Assembly: GCA_025964155.1 (NCBI GenBank)
Contig: JAOPZJ010000025.1
Span: 1 to 48,618 of the forward strand
DNA from: Solirubrobacterales bacterium
Lineage (GTDB): Bacteria > Actinomycetota > Thermoleophilia > Solirubrobacterales > Solirubrobacteraceae
Direction of reading: 5' to 3'
Length of the DNA: 48,618 nt
Below, one piece after another: positions 18,652 through 28,723 of the stretch. A model generated the notes under the pieces. The model searched no databases. It was not told the DNA's origin and saw only the letters and a program-made list of their open reading frames with translations. Positions within the stretch are counted from its first letter, which is position 1; each line of letters begins with the position of its first letter. The position numbers were made by a program, and so were the translations under genes.

Positions 18652-20172
18652 ATGTCCACCCGCCGGTCCGTCGTCGCGCTCACGCTCGTCGCCCTGCTCC
18701 TGCGGGTGGTGACGCTGGACGTCCAGAGCTACTGGTCGGACGAGGCCGCGACGGTGCAGCTGCTGAACCGGTCGTTCGGCGGGATGCTGCGCGGGGTCTT
18801 CAACGGCGAGTCCACGCCACCGCTGTACTACGTGCTGGCCTGGCTGTGGACACAGGTCGCCGGGACCGGCGAGGTGGGCACGCGCCTGCTGAGCGCGCTC
18901 ATCAGCGCCGCGACGGTGCCGGTCGTCGCGGCGCTCGCGGCCCGCCTGGTCGACGTCGACGCGGAGGGACGGGGGCGCGCCGCCGTCTTCGCCGCCGCAC
19001 TGGCCACCGTCAGCCCGCTCACCGTCTGGTACGGACAGGAGGCGCGTGCGTACGCGCTGCTGATGCTGCTGACCGCCGGCTCGGTGCTCGCGCTGCTGCG
19101 GGCGCTGGAGCACCCCTCACGCGGACGGCTGGCGGCGTGGGCGACCCTGGTGATCGCGGCGATGTGGACGCATCACTTTGCGCTCTTCATCGTGGTCGCG
19201 GAGGCCGGCTGGGCGCTCTGGGTGCTGCGGGCGCGAGCGCTGGCGGCAGTCGGGGCGGCGGGGGTCGGTGCGGTCGCCCTCGCCCCCCTGCTGCTGCATC
19301 AGCGCGACGCCGGCCGTGCGTCCTTCATCGCCCAGGAGTCGCTCGGCAGACGCGTGGCCCAGGTGCCCAAGCAAGTGCTCGTCGGGTACGACGCGCCGGT
19401 CCAGACGCTGCTGACCGTCGTCGGGGCGGTGGCCGTGCTCGTGGCGCTGGCCGGACTGGTGCGGATACTGCGTTTCAGGCGGGCACCACGTCCGCCGCGG
19501 GTCGTGGTCACCGTCGCGGCCGCCGGCGTCAGGCGACCGCCGCCCCCAGGATCGCTGGTCGTGGTCACGGTCGCCGCCGCCGGCGTCCTGCTGCCGCTGC
19601 TCGCCGCGGCCGTCGGACAGGACTTCGTGCTGACGCGCAACGTCGTCGGCGTCCTGCCGCTCGTGCTCGCGCTGCTGGCCGCCGGAGCGGTCGCCCTGCC
19701 CGCGCGGATGCTGGGCGGTGCGGCCGTCGCGGCCCTCTTCGCCACGGGGCTCGTGTGCGCGATCGCCGTCGCCGCCGACCCGATCTACCAGCGCGATGAC
19801 TTTCGCGCCGCCGTGGAGGCCGCGACCCGTGGCGCCCAGGGTCCGCGGCTCGTCGTCGCCGACGCGGAGGGCAGGGCGCCCGTACGCCTGTACCTCGGGG
19901 CGGGCACCCGGGCCGTGCCCGCCGGCGTGCCCGTGCCCGTGCGCGAGATCGACGTCGTGAAGGTCGCCGGCGCGCGGCCGGGCGGCGCGCGCACGACACC
20001 GCGGCTGCCCACGGACGTCGTGCCTCCGGGCTTTCAGCTCGCGGGCGCGGACACGGGTGACACGTGGGCGGTGCGGCGCTTCGTGGCCCCCGCGCCCGTC
20101 CCGGTGGACCCGGGCACCCTGGCCCCGCTGGACCCGGGGCACCCTGCCGTCGTGCTGCTGCGCCCGCGCTGA
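18652..20172 (+). CDS. GT-C membrane glycosyltransferase (GT39/PMT_2-like)
   Basis: SYWSDEA (DE motif), ESTPPLYY, RLLSAL, QEARAYA, WTHHFA; multiple TM helices. Confidence 0.88.
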   Translation: MSTRRSVVALTLVALLLRVVTLDVQSYWSDEAATVQLLNRSFGGMLRGVFNGESTPPLYYVLAWLWTQVAGTGEVGTRLLSALISAATVPVVAALAARLVDVDAEGRGRAAVFAAALATVSPLTVWYGQEARAYALLMLLTAGSVLALLRALEHPSRGRLAAWATLVIAAMWTHHFALFIVVAEAGWALWVLRARALAAVGAAGVGAVALAPLLLHQRDAGRASFIAQESLGRRVAQVPKQVLVGYDAPVQTLLTVVGAVAVLVALAGLVRILRFRRAPRPPRVVVTVAAAGVRRPPPPGSLVVVTVAAAGVLLPLLAAAVGQDFVLTRNVVGVLPLVLALLAAGAVALPARMLGGAAVAALFATGLVCAIAVAADPIYQRDDFRAAVEAATRGAQGPRLVVADAEGRAPVRLYLGAGTRAVPAGVPVPVREIDVVKVAGARPGGARTTPRLPTDVVPPGFQLAGADTGDTWAVRRFVAPAPVPVDPGTLAPLDPGHPAVVLLRPR

Positions 20173-20253
20173 AGAGTCCGGGGTTCGCGCGGGCTCACGG
20201 CCCGCCACGACGTGGACGCGGTGCGCGCCAGCGCGTCTTGTACGCTGGCGCAC

Positions 20254-20787
20254 GTGCCCGCCCCCGCCTTCACCGCCCGCCTCAACGAGCAGATCGCCTA
20301 CGAGTTCGCCGCCAGCCAGCAGTACATCGCTGTGGCGGTCTACTACGACAGCGAGACACTCCCCCGCCTGGCGGCGTTCTTCTACGCCCAGGCGCTCGAG
20401 GAGCGCAACCACGCGATGATGATGGTCCGGTATCTGATGGATGCCGACGAGGAGCCCGTCATCCCACCCGTCGCTGCTCCGCGCAACTCGTTCTCCGACA
20501 TCGTGGAGCCGGTCGCCATCGCGCTGGAGCAGGAGAAGCGCGTCACCGACCAGATCGGCGAGCTTGCCGGCATCGCCCGTGACGAGCGCGACTACGTGTC
20601 CGAGCAGTTCATGCAGTGGTTCCTCAAGGAGCAGGTCGAGGAGGTCAGCTCCATGTCGGACCTGCTGACCGTCGTCAAGCGCTCCGCCGACAACCCGATG
20701 CTGGCCGAGGAGCACCTGGCCCGCGAGGCGGTCGGCGCCCAGGGCACCGACCCGACAGCACCGCCGGTCGCCGGCGGCGCCGTCTAA
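20254..20787 (+). CDS. Non-heme ferritin (FtnA/BfrB type) with C-terminal extension
   Basis: LNEQIAYEFAASQQY, QALEERNHA, LEQEKRVT, FMQWFLKEQVEE ferroxidase ligands. TACGCT -10 lies 7 nt before GTG. Confidence 0.93.
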   Translation: MPAPAFTARLNEQIAYEFAASQQYIAVAVYYDSETLPRLAAFFYAQALEERNHAMMMVRYLMDADEEPVIPPVAAPRNSFSDIVEPVAIALEQEKRVTDQIGELAGIARDERDYVSEQFMQWFLKEQVEEVSSMSDLLTVVKRSADNPMLAEEHLAREAVGAQGTDPTAPPVAGGAV

Positions 20788-20821
20788 CGGCCGCCCACGG
20801 TCCGGGCTTCCCAGGGCTGGC

Positions 20822-21454
20822 ATGAGCGCACCGTGGCCGAGCCCACTCGCCGGCGTCCTCGAGGGACGGTACGCCCGCCTGGAGCCGCTGGGCGACGAGC
20901 ACCGCGACGCGCTCTTCGTCGCCTCGCGCTTCCCGGAGATCTGGCGCTGGATGCGGGACTACCCGGCCTCGCGGGCGTCCTTCGACGGCTGGTTCGACGA
21001 GGCGCTACGAGCCTCGACCGACGGTGAGGAGTTCGCCTTCGCGACCGTCGACCGGCGCACGGACGAGCCCGTCGGGTCGACGCGCTTCCTCGCGCTCCGG
21101 CCCGACGACCTCGGCGTGGAGATCGGCTGGACCTGGCTGACGCCGGCCGCCTGGCGCAGCGGCATCAACGTCGAGGCCAAGCTGCTCATGCTCACGCACG
21201 CCTTCGAGACCCTGGGCTGCATCCGCGTCGAGCTGAAGACCCACGCCGAAAACCAGCGCTCGCGCGACGCGATGGAGGCGATGGGCGCCTGGTTCGAGGG
21301 CGTGCACCGCAAGCACCGCATCGTCACGGGCGTCGGGATCCGTGACACCGCCTGGTTCAGCATCATCGACGACGAGTGGCCCGCCGTCCGGCGGCGGATG
21401 CGATCCCGGCTGGCCAGCCACGCGCTGCGCGAGGAGCCCCGACCTCAGGCGTGA
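20822..21454 (+). CDS. GNAT family N-acetyltransferase (RimJ/RimL-like)
   Basis: VEIGWTWL, RSGINVEAKLLML.HAFE.LG..RVELKT...N.RS, FEGVHR, RDTAWFSI. Confidence 0.92.
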   Translation: MSAPWPSPLAGVLEGRYARLEPLGDEHRDALFVASRFPEIWRWMRDYPASRASFDGWFDEALRASTDGEEFAFATVDRRTDEPVGSTRFLALRPDDLGVEIGWTWLTPAAWRSGINVEAKLLMLTHAFETLGCIRVELKTHAENQRSRDAMEAMGAWFEGVHRKHRIVTGVGIRDTAWFSIIDDEWPAVRRRMRSRLASHALREEPRPQA

Positions 21455-21466
21455 GCGAGCGCCTCC

Positions 21467-22102
21467 TCAGCCCGTGACCGGCGGCTCCCCGGCGACCCAC
21501 TCGCCCGCCTCGGCCTTCCAGATCGGCGCGCGGGCCTTGAGCTCGTCGATGAGCTCGCGCGCGGCCGCGAACGCCTCGGGCCGGTGCGGTGACGACGTCG
21601 CCACGATCACTGAGGGCTCGCCGAGCGCGACGCGGCCGACACGGTGCTCGACGGCGGCGGCGCACAGGCCGTGCGTGGCGATCGCGGTGTCGACGAGCTC
21701 CTGCAGCAGCGGCGTCGCCATCTCGGCGTAGGCCTCGTAATCCAGCCACGCGACCTCGCGCGTGACGCCCGAGAAGCTCACGACGGCGCCGGCGCGGGGG
21801 TCCTCGACCAGCCGCGCGATGGCGTCCAGCGACAGCGGCTCGCTGGTGATGCGTACGTGCGCAACGGCCGCTGACCCGCCGCTGACCGGCGGGATGAGCG
21901 CCAGCTCGTCCCCCGCCACGAGCACGCGCTCGCCGTCGGCGTACTCGCGGTTGACCGCCAGCACGCAGGTGACCCCGCCGGTGACATCCTGCAGCGCCGC
22001 GAGGGCGTCGCGCACGCGGGCGCCGTCCGGCAGGTCGAGGGCCACCGCATCGCGGCCGGCGCGCTGACGCAACATCGCGAAGAGACGGACGGTGACCTCC
22101 AT
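21467..22102 (-). CDS. moaX: Fused molybdopterin synthase MoaD-MoaE (MoaX-like)
   Basis: N-terminal ubiquitin-like MoaD ending PPVSGG, then MoaE (GAVVSFSGVTR, LDYEAY, HRVG, SPHR, ELKARAPIWK). Confidence 0.88.
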   Translation of the reverse strand: MEVTVRLFAMLRQRAGRDAVALDLPDGARVRDALAALQDVTGGVTCVLAVNREYADGERVLVAGDELALIPPVSGGSAAVAHVRITSEPLSLDAIARLVEDPRAGAVVSFSGVTREVAWLDYEAYAEMATPLLQELVDTAIATHGLCAAAVEHRVGRVALGEPSVIVATSSPHRPEAFAAARELIDELKARAPIWKAEAGEWVAGEPPVTG

Positions 22103-22158
22103 GCGTCCAGCGTACGCGGCGGGCGGAACCGGCGGCAGCGGCGGATACCCTGCCGACC

Positions 22159-22788
22159 GTGCCACCCTCGTTGCCCGTCCGCCTGCGCGCCCGTCTCTCA
22201 CGTGCCACGCCGCCCAGGGAGGAGTTCGTCGCCCGCCATGTCGCCGGACGGTCCTTCGCCGACGTCGGGTGCATGTGGGAGGTCCACGGCGGGATCGCGT
22301 TCGCCGCGGAGGCCGCCGGCGCCGGCGAGGTCTCGGGCATGGACCTCATGGGCGAGACGCCGGAGTATCAGGCCGAGTACCAGCGCCGCGGGTCGAAGCT
22401 GCGCTTCGTCCAGGGCGACCTGCACGACGAGCTCGCGCTCGCGCGTCTCGGGGTCCACGACGTCGTGTGGTGCAGCGGCGTCCTCTACCACGCGCCCCAT
22501 CCGCTGCTGACGCTCGAGCGCCTGCGTTCGGTGACCGGCCAGACACTGCTGCTGGCGACCGAGACGCTCCCCGAGCGCCCGCTGGCCCGCAACGTCTGCG
22601 TGTTCGCGCCGAAGCCGGGCAGCCACCCGACCCACACCGAGCCGTTCGATCCGGCTCGCGGCTACGTCAACTGGTACTGGGGCATCACGCCGAGCGCCCT
22701 GCGGACGATGCTCGCAGCCACGGGCTTCACCGTCACCGAGGAGCACCGCACCCCGTTCCACACGACGGTCGTGGCCCGCAAGAACTGA
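22159..22788 (+). CDS. Class I SAM-dependent methyltransferase
   Basis: [37 protein letters not shown] -10 lies 7 nt upstream. Confidence 0.85.
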   Translation: MPPSLPVRLRARLSRATPPREEFVARHVAGRSFADVGCMWEVHGGIAFAAEAAGAGEVSGMDLMGETPEYQAEYQRRGSKLRFVQGDLHDELALARLGVHDVVWCSGVLYHAPHPLLTLERLRSVTGQTLLLATETLPERPLARNVCVFAPKPGSHPTHTEPFDPARGYVNWYWGITPSALRTMLAATGFTVTEEHRTPFHTTVVARKN

Positions 22789-22864
22789 GCCAGCGACCCG
22801 CCGGACGGCGGGACCTGACCGCGCGGGCCGGTCACCAGCCGCCGCGCGGGCGTATCTTTTCCGC

Positions 22865-24487
22865 ATGTCCACCACCCCTGACTCCGAGGAACGCCTCACC
22901 GTCGCGCCGATCATCGGCAAGGACGATCCGCGCCGCTTTACGGACTCGGGGATCGAGATCAAGCCGCTGTACAGCGAGGAGGACCTCCCCGAAAACCTGC
23001 GCCTCGGCGAGCCCGGCGCGTTCCCCTACACCCGCGGCCCGCACCGCGACATGTACCGCAAGCAGACGTGGACGATGCGCCAGTACGCGGGCTACGCGAG
23101 CGCCAAGGAGTCCAACGAGCGCTACCGCTACCTGCTGTCGAAGGGCTCGACCGGCCTGTCGATGGCCTTCGACCTGCCCACGCAGCTGGGTCTGGACTCC
23201 GACAACCCGCTGTGCGAGGGCGAGGTCGGGCGCACCGGCGTGGCCATCGACACGATCGACGACATGCGCACGGCCTTCGACCAGATCCCGCTGGACCAGG
23301 TCTCCACGTCGATGACGATCAACGCCCCCGCGGCGGTGCTGCTGTGTCTGTACGAGCTCGTCGGCGAGGAGCAGGGGGTCCCGGCCGACCAGCTCCGCGG
23401 CACGACGCAGAACGACGTGCTCAAGGAGTACATCGCGCGCGGCAACTACATCTACCCGCCCGTGCCGACGATGCGGCTCACGACGGACCTCTTCGCGTAC
23501 TGCAAGGAGAACATCCCGCGCTGGAACACGGTCTCGATCTCGGGCTACCACTTCCGCGAGAAGGGCGCGAGCGCCGTGCAGGAGGTCGCCTTCACGCTCT
23601 CCTCCGGCATCGCCTACGTACAGGCGGCGGTCGACGCGGGCCTCGCCGTGGACGACTTCGCGCCGCGCCTGGCCTTCTTCTTCAACGGCCACAACAACGT
23701 CTTCCAGGAGGTCGCGAAGTTCCGGGCGGCCCGCCGCATGTGGGCGACGATCATGTCCGAGCGCTTCGGGGCCAAGAACCCCAAGTCGCTCATGCTCCGC
23801 TTCCACACGCAGACCGGCGGAGTGACGCTCACCGCCCAGCAGCCGATGAACAACATCGTGCGCGTGGCGCTGCAGGGCTTCGCGGCGGTCTGCGGCGGCA
23901 CGCAGTCGCTGCACACCAACGGCTACGACGAGGCGCTCGCCCTGCCCTCCGAGGAAGCCGCGAAGATCGCGCTGCGCACCCAGCAGATCATCGCCGCGGA
24001 GTCCGGCGCCACGATGACCGTCGACCCGTTCGCCGGCTCCTACTTCGTCGAGTCGCTGACGGACGAGATCGAGTCGCGCGCCTACGAGCTCATCAACAAG
24101 GTCGACGAGCTCGGCGGATCGGTCAACGCGATCGAGTTCATCACCGGCGAGATCGACGAGTCCGCGTGGGGCTACCAGGAGCGCTACCGCATCGAGCAGG
24201 ATGTCGTGGTCGGCGTCAACAGCCATGTCGAGGAGCCCGTCGAGGTGCCCGGCCTGCTGCGCGTGGACCCGGCCTCGGAGGGCCTGCAGCTCGAGCGCCT
24301 GAAGGCGTTCAAGGCCGATCGCGACCATGCCATCGTCGACCAGCGTCTGGAGGAGCTGCGCGAGGCGGCCCGCGGCACCGACAACCTGCTGCCGCACATC
24401 AAGCAGGCCCTTAAGGACCGCGCCTCGATGGGCGAGGTCTGTGACGCGATGAAGGACGTCTTCGGCAAGTACGCGCCGACGTTCTAG
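22865..24487 (+). CDS. mcmA: Methylmalonyl-CoA mutase, substrate-binding (large) subunit of split type
   Basis: [17 protein letters not shown] (Tyr), [25 protein letters not shown] (Arg), SISGYH, SLHTN.YDEA. No DxHxxG B12-binding domain. Confidence 0.92.
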   Translation: MSTTPDSEERLTVAPIIGKDDPRRFTDSGIEIKPLYSEEDLPENLRLGEPGAFPYTRGPHRDMYRKQTWTMRQYAGYASAKESNERYRYLLSKGSTGLSMAFDLPTQLGLDSDNPLCEGEVGRTGVAIDTIDDMRTAFDQIPLDQVSTSMTINAPAAVLLCLYELVGEEQGVPADQLRGTTQNDVLKEYIARGNYIYPPVPTMRLTTDLFAYCKENIPRWNTVSISGYHFREKGASAVQEVAFTLSSGIAYVQAAVDAGLAVDDFAPRLAFFFNGHNNVFQEVAKFRAARRMWATIMSERFGAKNPKSLMLRFHTQTGGVTLTAQQPMNNIVRVALQGFAAVCGGTQSLHTNGYDEALALPSEEAAKIALRTQQIIAAESGATMTVDPFAGSYFVESLTDEIESRAYELINKVDELGGSVNAIEFITGEIDESAWGYQERYRIEQDVVVGVNSHVEEPVEVPGLLRVDPASEGLQLERLKAFKADRDHAIVDQRLEELREAARGTDNLLPHIKQALKDRASMGEVCDAMKDVFGKYAPTF

Positions 24488-24613
24488 CCCGGATGGCCCA
24501 GGGGGCCATCGGGCTGAACGTCGGTAGCGAGTTCCCGGGCGACGGCCCTGGCGGGCCTTACGCCAGGAACGTCGCACCGGTTCGCGTCGGCCGCACCGGT
24601 CTGAAGGACCGGT
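24486..24613. terminator. Cluster of three hairpins after mcmA (terminator plus REP-like)
   Basis: AGCCCGGATGGCCC/GGGCCATCGGGCT (24486-24515), a long interrupted stem at 24522-24579, and ACCGGTC/GACCGGT (24595-24613). Confidence 0.6.
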
Positions 24614-24633
24614 CGCCGGGGTAGGGTCCGCCC

Positions 24634-25128
24634 ATGCCCCTCGCGATCTACTTCTACGACGTCGTCGTGGCCGTGCACGTCGCGGCGGTCGTCATCGCCT
24701 TCGGCGTCGTGTTCTCCTACCCGGTCATCGATGCGTCGTTCAGGAAGCTCAACCCGCGCGCAATGCCGGCGTGGCACGCCACGCACGCCTTCATCGACAG
24801 TCGTGTCGTGACCCCGGGCATGGCGGTCGCCCTCTTTGCGGGCGTGTACCTCGCATCCGACCGCGACTACTTCAAGGAGATCTGGTTGCAGGTGCCGTTC
24901 GCGGTGCTCATCGTCCTGTTCGGCCTGACGGGGTCCTTCTTCATCCCCCAGGGCCGCAAGCTCGCGGAGGCCGCCGCCAAGGACGTCGGCGCGACGCCGG
25001 GGGACGGTCCCGTCACCTGGAGCGCGGAGTACAACGCACTGGCCGCGCGCTACGCGCAGGTCGGCGCGGGCGCGAGCGTCCTCATCCTGCTCGCGATCTT
25101 CTTCATGGTCGTCAAGCCCGGCGCATAG
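24634..25128 (+). CDS. DUF2269-like four-TM membrane protein
   Basis: [11 protein letters not shown] first helix with His, GVYL, C-terminal FMVVKP. TAGGGT -10 lies 6 nt upstream. Confidence 0.75.
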   Translation: MPLAIYFYDVVVAVHVAAVVIAFGVVFSYPVIDASFRKLNPRAMPAWHATHAFIDSRVVTPGMAVALFAGVYLASDRDYFKEIWLQVPFAVLIVLFGLTGSFFIPQGRKLAEAAAKDVGATPGDGPVTWSAEYNALAARYAQVGAGASVLILLAIFFMVVKPGA

Positions 25129-25244
25129 ACGCCGTCGCAGTCCCCGTACGCGGCCCCACCGCCGCCCGGGGCATCCGTTGCAGGTTGACCGAACCCCGCA
25201 CCGCGCAGGAGGAGTCGGGGCGTCGGAGGGGAAACCTTGTGGCG

Positions 25245-26105
25245 ATGGCCCCGCACCAAGCACAGCGCACCCTCGTGAAATCCCGCCCGGAACTGTGGGC
25301 CGAGGTCTCGGACGTGGCCTCGCTGTGCAAGCACCTCGGTGAGTTCGGGGACATCACGATCACCCGTCTGGAGCCCGAGACCACCGTCGCCTGGGAGGGC
25401 ACCGCCGCGCGCGGCACGGTGGAGCTCGAGGCATCCGGGTGGGGGACGAAGGTCACGCTGACCGCCGAACTGCTCGAGGTCGACGTACCGCAACCGGACG
25501 CCGTGCCAGCGCCTGAGCCAGTGGCGGAAGTCCAGCCGGAGCCAGAGCCAGAGCCGGAACCGGTCGCGGTTGCCGAACCGGAGCCGGAACCCGTACCGGT
25601 CGCCGTCGCCGAAGCGGAACCGGAACCTGCCCCCCAGCCCGAGGCGGTCGCCGAGCGGGAGCCCAAGCCGGCGCCAAGAGGGAAACCCGGCTTCTTCGCG
25701 CGGCTATTCGGCAAGAAGCCCGCGACCGCACCGCTGTCCGCGGCCGAGCGTGCCGCTGCACGCGCGGCGGCGCAAGCCCCCACGCCCACGCCCGCCGCCG
25801 CCGAGCCGGTGGTGACGCCGGTCGCCGACGACCCCTCGACGCCGCTTCGCGCGTTGCCCGACCTCGAGCCGGAGCCCGGCAAGGTCGTCCCACTGCGCCA
25901 GGTCCCGGCGGAACCCGCCGAGCCCACCGAGCCCGACGAGCCCGATCCGAATCCGCCGCTGGTGGCCCAGGACGTCCCGCCGGCGCCCGCGGACCCCGCA
26001 CCGCAGCCCACGGCCCTGCTCGACGAGGACCAGGCACTCGCCGTCCTCACGTCCGCCTTGGACGACCTCGGCGCCGCGCACCGCCGGCCGTTCAGCCACT
26101 CCTGA
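25245..26105 (+). CDS. Hypothetical protein: SRPBCC-like N-terminus, Pro/Glu/Ala-rich linker, C-terminal helix
   Basis: [16 protein letters not shown]...VAWEG...[22 protein letters not shown] repeats, [30 protein letters not shown]. Confidence 0.75.
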   Translation: MAPHQAQRTLVKSRPELWAEVSDVASLCKHLGEFGDITITRLEPETTVAWEGTAARGTVELEASGWGTKVTLTAELLEVDVPQPDAVPAPEPVAEVQPEPEPEPEPVAVAEPEPEPVPVAVAEAEPEPAPQPEAVAEREPKPAPRGKPGFFARLFGKKPATAPLSAAERAAARAAAQAPTPTPAAAEPVVTPVADDPSTPLRALPDLEPEPGKVVPLRQVPAEPAEPTEPDEPDPNPPLVAQDVPPAPADPAPQPTALLDEDQALAVLTSALDDLGAAHRRPFSHS

Positions 26106-26979
26106 GCACATCGCCGGATCGTGCCTCCTGGAGGCATTCCTTCAGCCACGCGGCCACCTGCTGCGGGCGCTCGTCGACGATAAAGTGGCCGCAATCCGGC
26201 ACATCGGTGATCTGCACGTCGTCGGCGTGGGCGCCGAAGCCATCGAGCATCGACCGCTTGATCGCGACGTCGTCCAGCCCGAAGAGCACGCGCGTCGGCA
26301 TGGTCAGCCGCCGGCCGTCGTAGCGGCCGCGCGCCGCCGCGGGCACGTCACGCATCAGGAACGACCGGTAGACCTTCGAGCCCGCGACCGCGCGGCCGCG
26401 CTCGCGTAGCGCCGCGCGGTACTCGGTGACCGCTGCCGCCGGCAGCCCGGACCGCCCGAGCACCCACCACATGAACCGCCCGCGCTGGACCGCCGGCCCG
26501 AGCACCGGGGCGCCGACCACGGGCTGGTAGGCGAGGCGATGCAGGTAGCGCACCGTCCGCCGGGGCTTCTGCCACACGTGCGAGATGTTCAGCAGCGCCA
26601 GGCGGCGCACCCGGTGCGGGGCGCGCAAGGCCATGAGCTGCGCCGTCCAGCCGCCCCAGTCGTGCCCCGCGATGTCGAACTCGTCCACGCCGAGCGCGTC
26701 CAGGAGCGCCAGGATGTCGGTCGCAAACTGCTCCTTCTCGTAGCCGCCCGGGGTCACCTCGCTCCAGCCGAAGCCACGCAGGTCCGGGGCCAGCACGCGC
26801 CGCCCGTCGGCGACGAGCGCCGGGATGACCTCGTGCCAGAGCCACCAGTGCTCGGGCCACCCGTGCAGCAGCACCACGACGGGCCCGTCCGCCGGGCCGG
26901 CGCTCGCGACGTGCAGCTGCACCCCGCCGGCGTCGACGAAGGAGTGCTCGACGCCCTCGCAGGGCGGGAATGCGCGCAT
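26092..26979 (-). CDS. Alpha/beta hydrolase, epoxide hydrolase family
   Basis: HGWPE oxyanion motif, [15 protein letters not shown] (Asp nucleophile), CGHF (His). Confidence 0.92.
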   Translation of the reverse strand: MRAFPPCEGVEHSFVDAGGVQLHVASAGPADGPVVVLLHGWPEHWWLWHEVIPALVADGRRVLAPDLRGFGWSEVTPGGYEKEQFATDILALLDALGVDEFDIAGHDWGGWTAQLMALRAPHRVRRLALLNISHVWQKPRRTVRYLHRLAYQPVVGAPVLGPAVQRGRFMWWVLGRSGLPAAAVTEYRAALRERGRAVAGSKVYRSFLMRDVPAAARGRYDGRRLTMPTRVLFGLDDVAIKRSMLDGFGAHADDVQITDVPDCGHFIVDERPQQVAAWLKECLQEARSGDVLRSG

Positions 26980-27032
26980 CGGCGCAGCCTAGTTGAGCGG
27001 ATTCACCCCACAGGGCGGGAATGCGCGCATCG
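26960..27032. repeat. 22-bp perfect direct repeat (26960-26981 and 27011-27032)
   Basis: CAGGGCGGGAATGCGCGCATCG occurs twice. Copy 1 is the start of the hydrolase gene; copy 2 is the arm of a CCCCACAGG-centred palindrome. Confidence 0.9.
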
Positions 27033-27051
27033 CAATAGCATCCGCCCCGCC

Positions 27052-28623
27052 ATGACCACACGCCAGAAGCCGCCCGCGACGTTCGACGAGAAGGCCGCCC
27101 AGCTCGACGACCTGCGCCAGAAGGCCGCCCACTCCAGCCCCGAGGCCGAGGCGAAGCAGCACGCCAAGGGCAAGTACACCGCCCGCGAGCGGATCGAGAA
27201 GCTCCTGGACCCCGGCTCCTTCCAGGAGCTGGACACCTTCGTGCGCCACCGCACCCACGACTTCGACATGCAGAAGCAGCGGGCCTGGGGCGACGCGGTC
27301 GTCACCGGCTACGGCGAGATCGACGGGCGCAAGGTCTGCGTCTTCAGCCAGGACTTCACCGTCTTCGGCGGCTCGCTCGGCGAGGTCATGGCCGAGAAGA
27401 TGTGCAAGGTGATGGACCTCGCCGCCAAGATCGGCTGCCCGGTCATCGGCATCAACGACTCCGGCGGCGCCCGCATCCAGGAGGGCGTCGTGTCCCTCGG
27501 CGCCTACGGTGACGTCTTCACGCGCAACGTCAAGTGCTCGGGCGTCATCCCGCAGGTCTCGCTGATCATGGGCCCGTGCGCCGGGGGCGCCGTGTACTCC
27601 CCCGCGATCACCGACTTCATCTTCATGGTGAAGGAGACCTCGCACATGTTCATCACCGGCCCCGACGTCATCAAGACCGTCACGGGTGAGGAGGTCGACT
27701 TCGAGTCCCTCGGCGGCGCGATGACGCACAACTCGAAGTCCGGCGTCGCCCACCTCGCGGCCGACGACGAGGACCAGGTGCTGGAGGACACGCGCTTCCT
27801 CATGTCCTACCTGCCGCAGAACAACCTGCAGACGCCGCCTCGCGTCGCGCCGTCCGACGAGCGCGACCGCATGGACCCGGAGCTCGACAGCGCCGTCCCG
27901 GACAACCCGAACAAGCCGTACGACATGCGCAACGTCATCCGCCTCACGGTGGACGACGGCGAGTTCTTCGAGATCCACGAGCACTGGGCGAAGAACATCG
28001 TCTGCGGCTTCAGCCGCCTGGACGGGCACGCGGTCGGTGTGGTGGGCAACCAGCCCGCGCACATGGCGGGCGTGCTGGACATCGACGCGTCCGCCAAGGC
28101 CGCGCGCTTCGTGCGCACGTGCGACGCGTTCAACATCCCGATCATCACCTTCACCGACGTGCCCGGCTTCTTGCCCGGCACCTCGCAGGAGTGGGGCGGC
28201 ATCATCCGCCACGGCGCCAAGCTCCTCTACGCGTACGCCGAGGCGACCGTCCCGAAGATCACCGTCATCACGCGCAAGGCCTACGGCGGCGCCTACGACG
28301 TCATGGCGTCCAAGCACCTGATGGCGGACTTCAACTTCGCCTGGCCCCAGGCCGAGGTCGCCGTCATGGGCGCCGAGGGCGCGGTCAACATCATCTACCG
28401 CCGCGACATCGCCGGGTCCCCGACCCCCGCGGAGCGCCGCGCGAAGCTGATGGACGACTACAAGGCACGCTTCGCCAACCCGTACGTGGCCGCCGAACGC
28501 GGGTACATCGACGACGTCATCCTCCCCCACGAGACGCGTCCGAAGCTCATCAACGCGCTGGAGATGCTGCTCACCAAGCGCGAGCCGGGGCCCAAGCGCA
28601 AGCACGGCAACATCCCGCTGTAG
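27052..28623 (+). CDS. pccB: Acyl-CoA (propionyl-CoA) carboxylase carboxyltransferase beta subunit
   Basis: [61 protein letters not shown]-terminal RKHGNIPL. Confidence 0.93.
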   Translation: MTTRQKPPATFDEKAAQLDDLRQKAAHSSPEAEAKQHAKGKYTARERIEKLLDPGSFQELDTFVRHRTHDFDMQKQRAWGDAVVTGYGEIDGRKVCVFSQDFTVFGGSLGEVMAEKMCKVMDLAAKIGCPVIGINDSGGARIQEGVVSLGAYGDVFTRNVKCSGVIPQVSLIMGPCAGGAVYSPAITDFIFMVKETSHMFITGPDVIKTVTGEEVDFESLGGAMTHNSKSGVAHLAADDEDQVLEDTRFLMSYLPQNNLQTPPRVAPSDERDRMDPELDSAVPDNPNKPYDMRNVIRLTVDDGEFFEIHEHWAKNIVCGFSRLDGHAVGVVGNQPAHMAGVLDIDASAKAARFVRTCDAFNIPIITFTDVPGFLPGTSQEWGGIIRHGAKLLYAYAEATVPKITVITRKAYGGAYDVMASKHLMADFNFAWPQAEVAVMGAEGAVNIIYRRDIAGSPTPAERRAKLMDDYKARFANPYVAAERGYIDDVILPHETRPKLINALEMLLTKREPGPKRKHGNIPL

Positions 28624-28723
28624 ATCCGAATCCGGGCTGAACGGGCATCTGGATGGTTGAGTAGCGGCCCATGGAATCCACCATCTAGACCACTCGTCCA
28701 CGAATCGGCGTCCAGGTCCGGGA

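Noticed and set aside
22789-22864. Cobalamin riboswitch upstream of the mutase
   Set aside because: The gap is only 76 bp, has no B12-box, and the gene appears leaderless.
22865-24487. Isobutyryl-CoA or 2-hydroxyisobutyryl-CoA mutase
   Set aside because: RQYAG (Tyr) and YIARG (Arg) are the methylmalonyl-CoA-type residues; ICM has Phe and HCM has Ile at the first position.
25490-25680. DNA-level tandem repeat or VNTR
   Set aside because: The GAGCCG/GAACCG repeats vary at synonymous positions and simply encode the EPEP linker.
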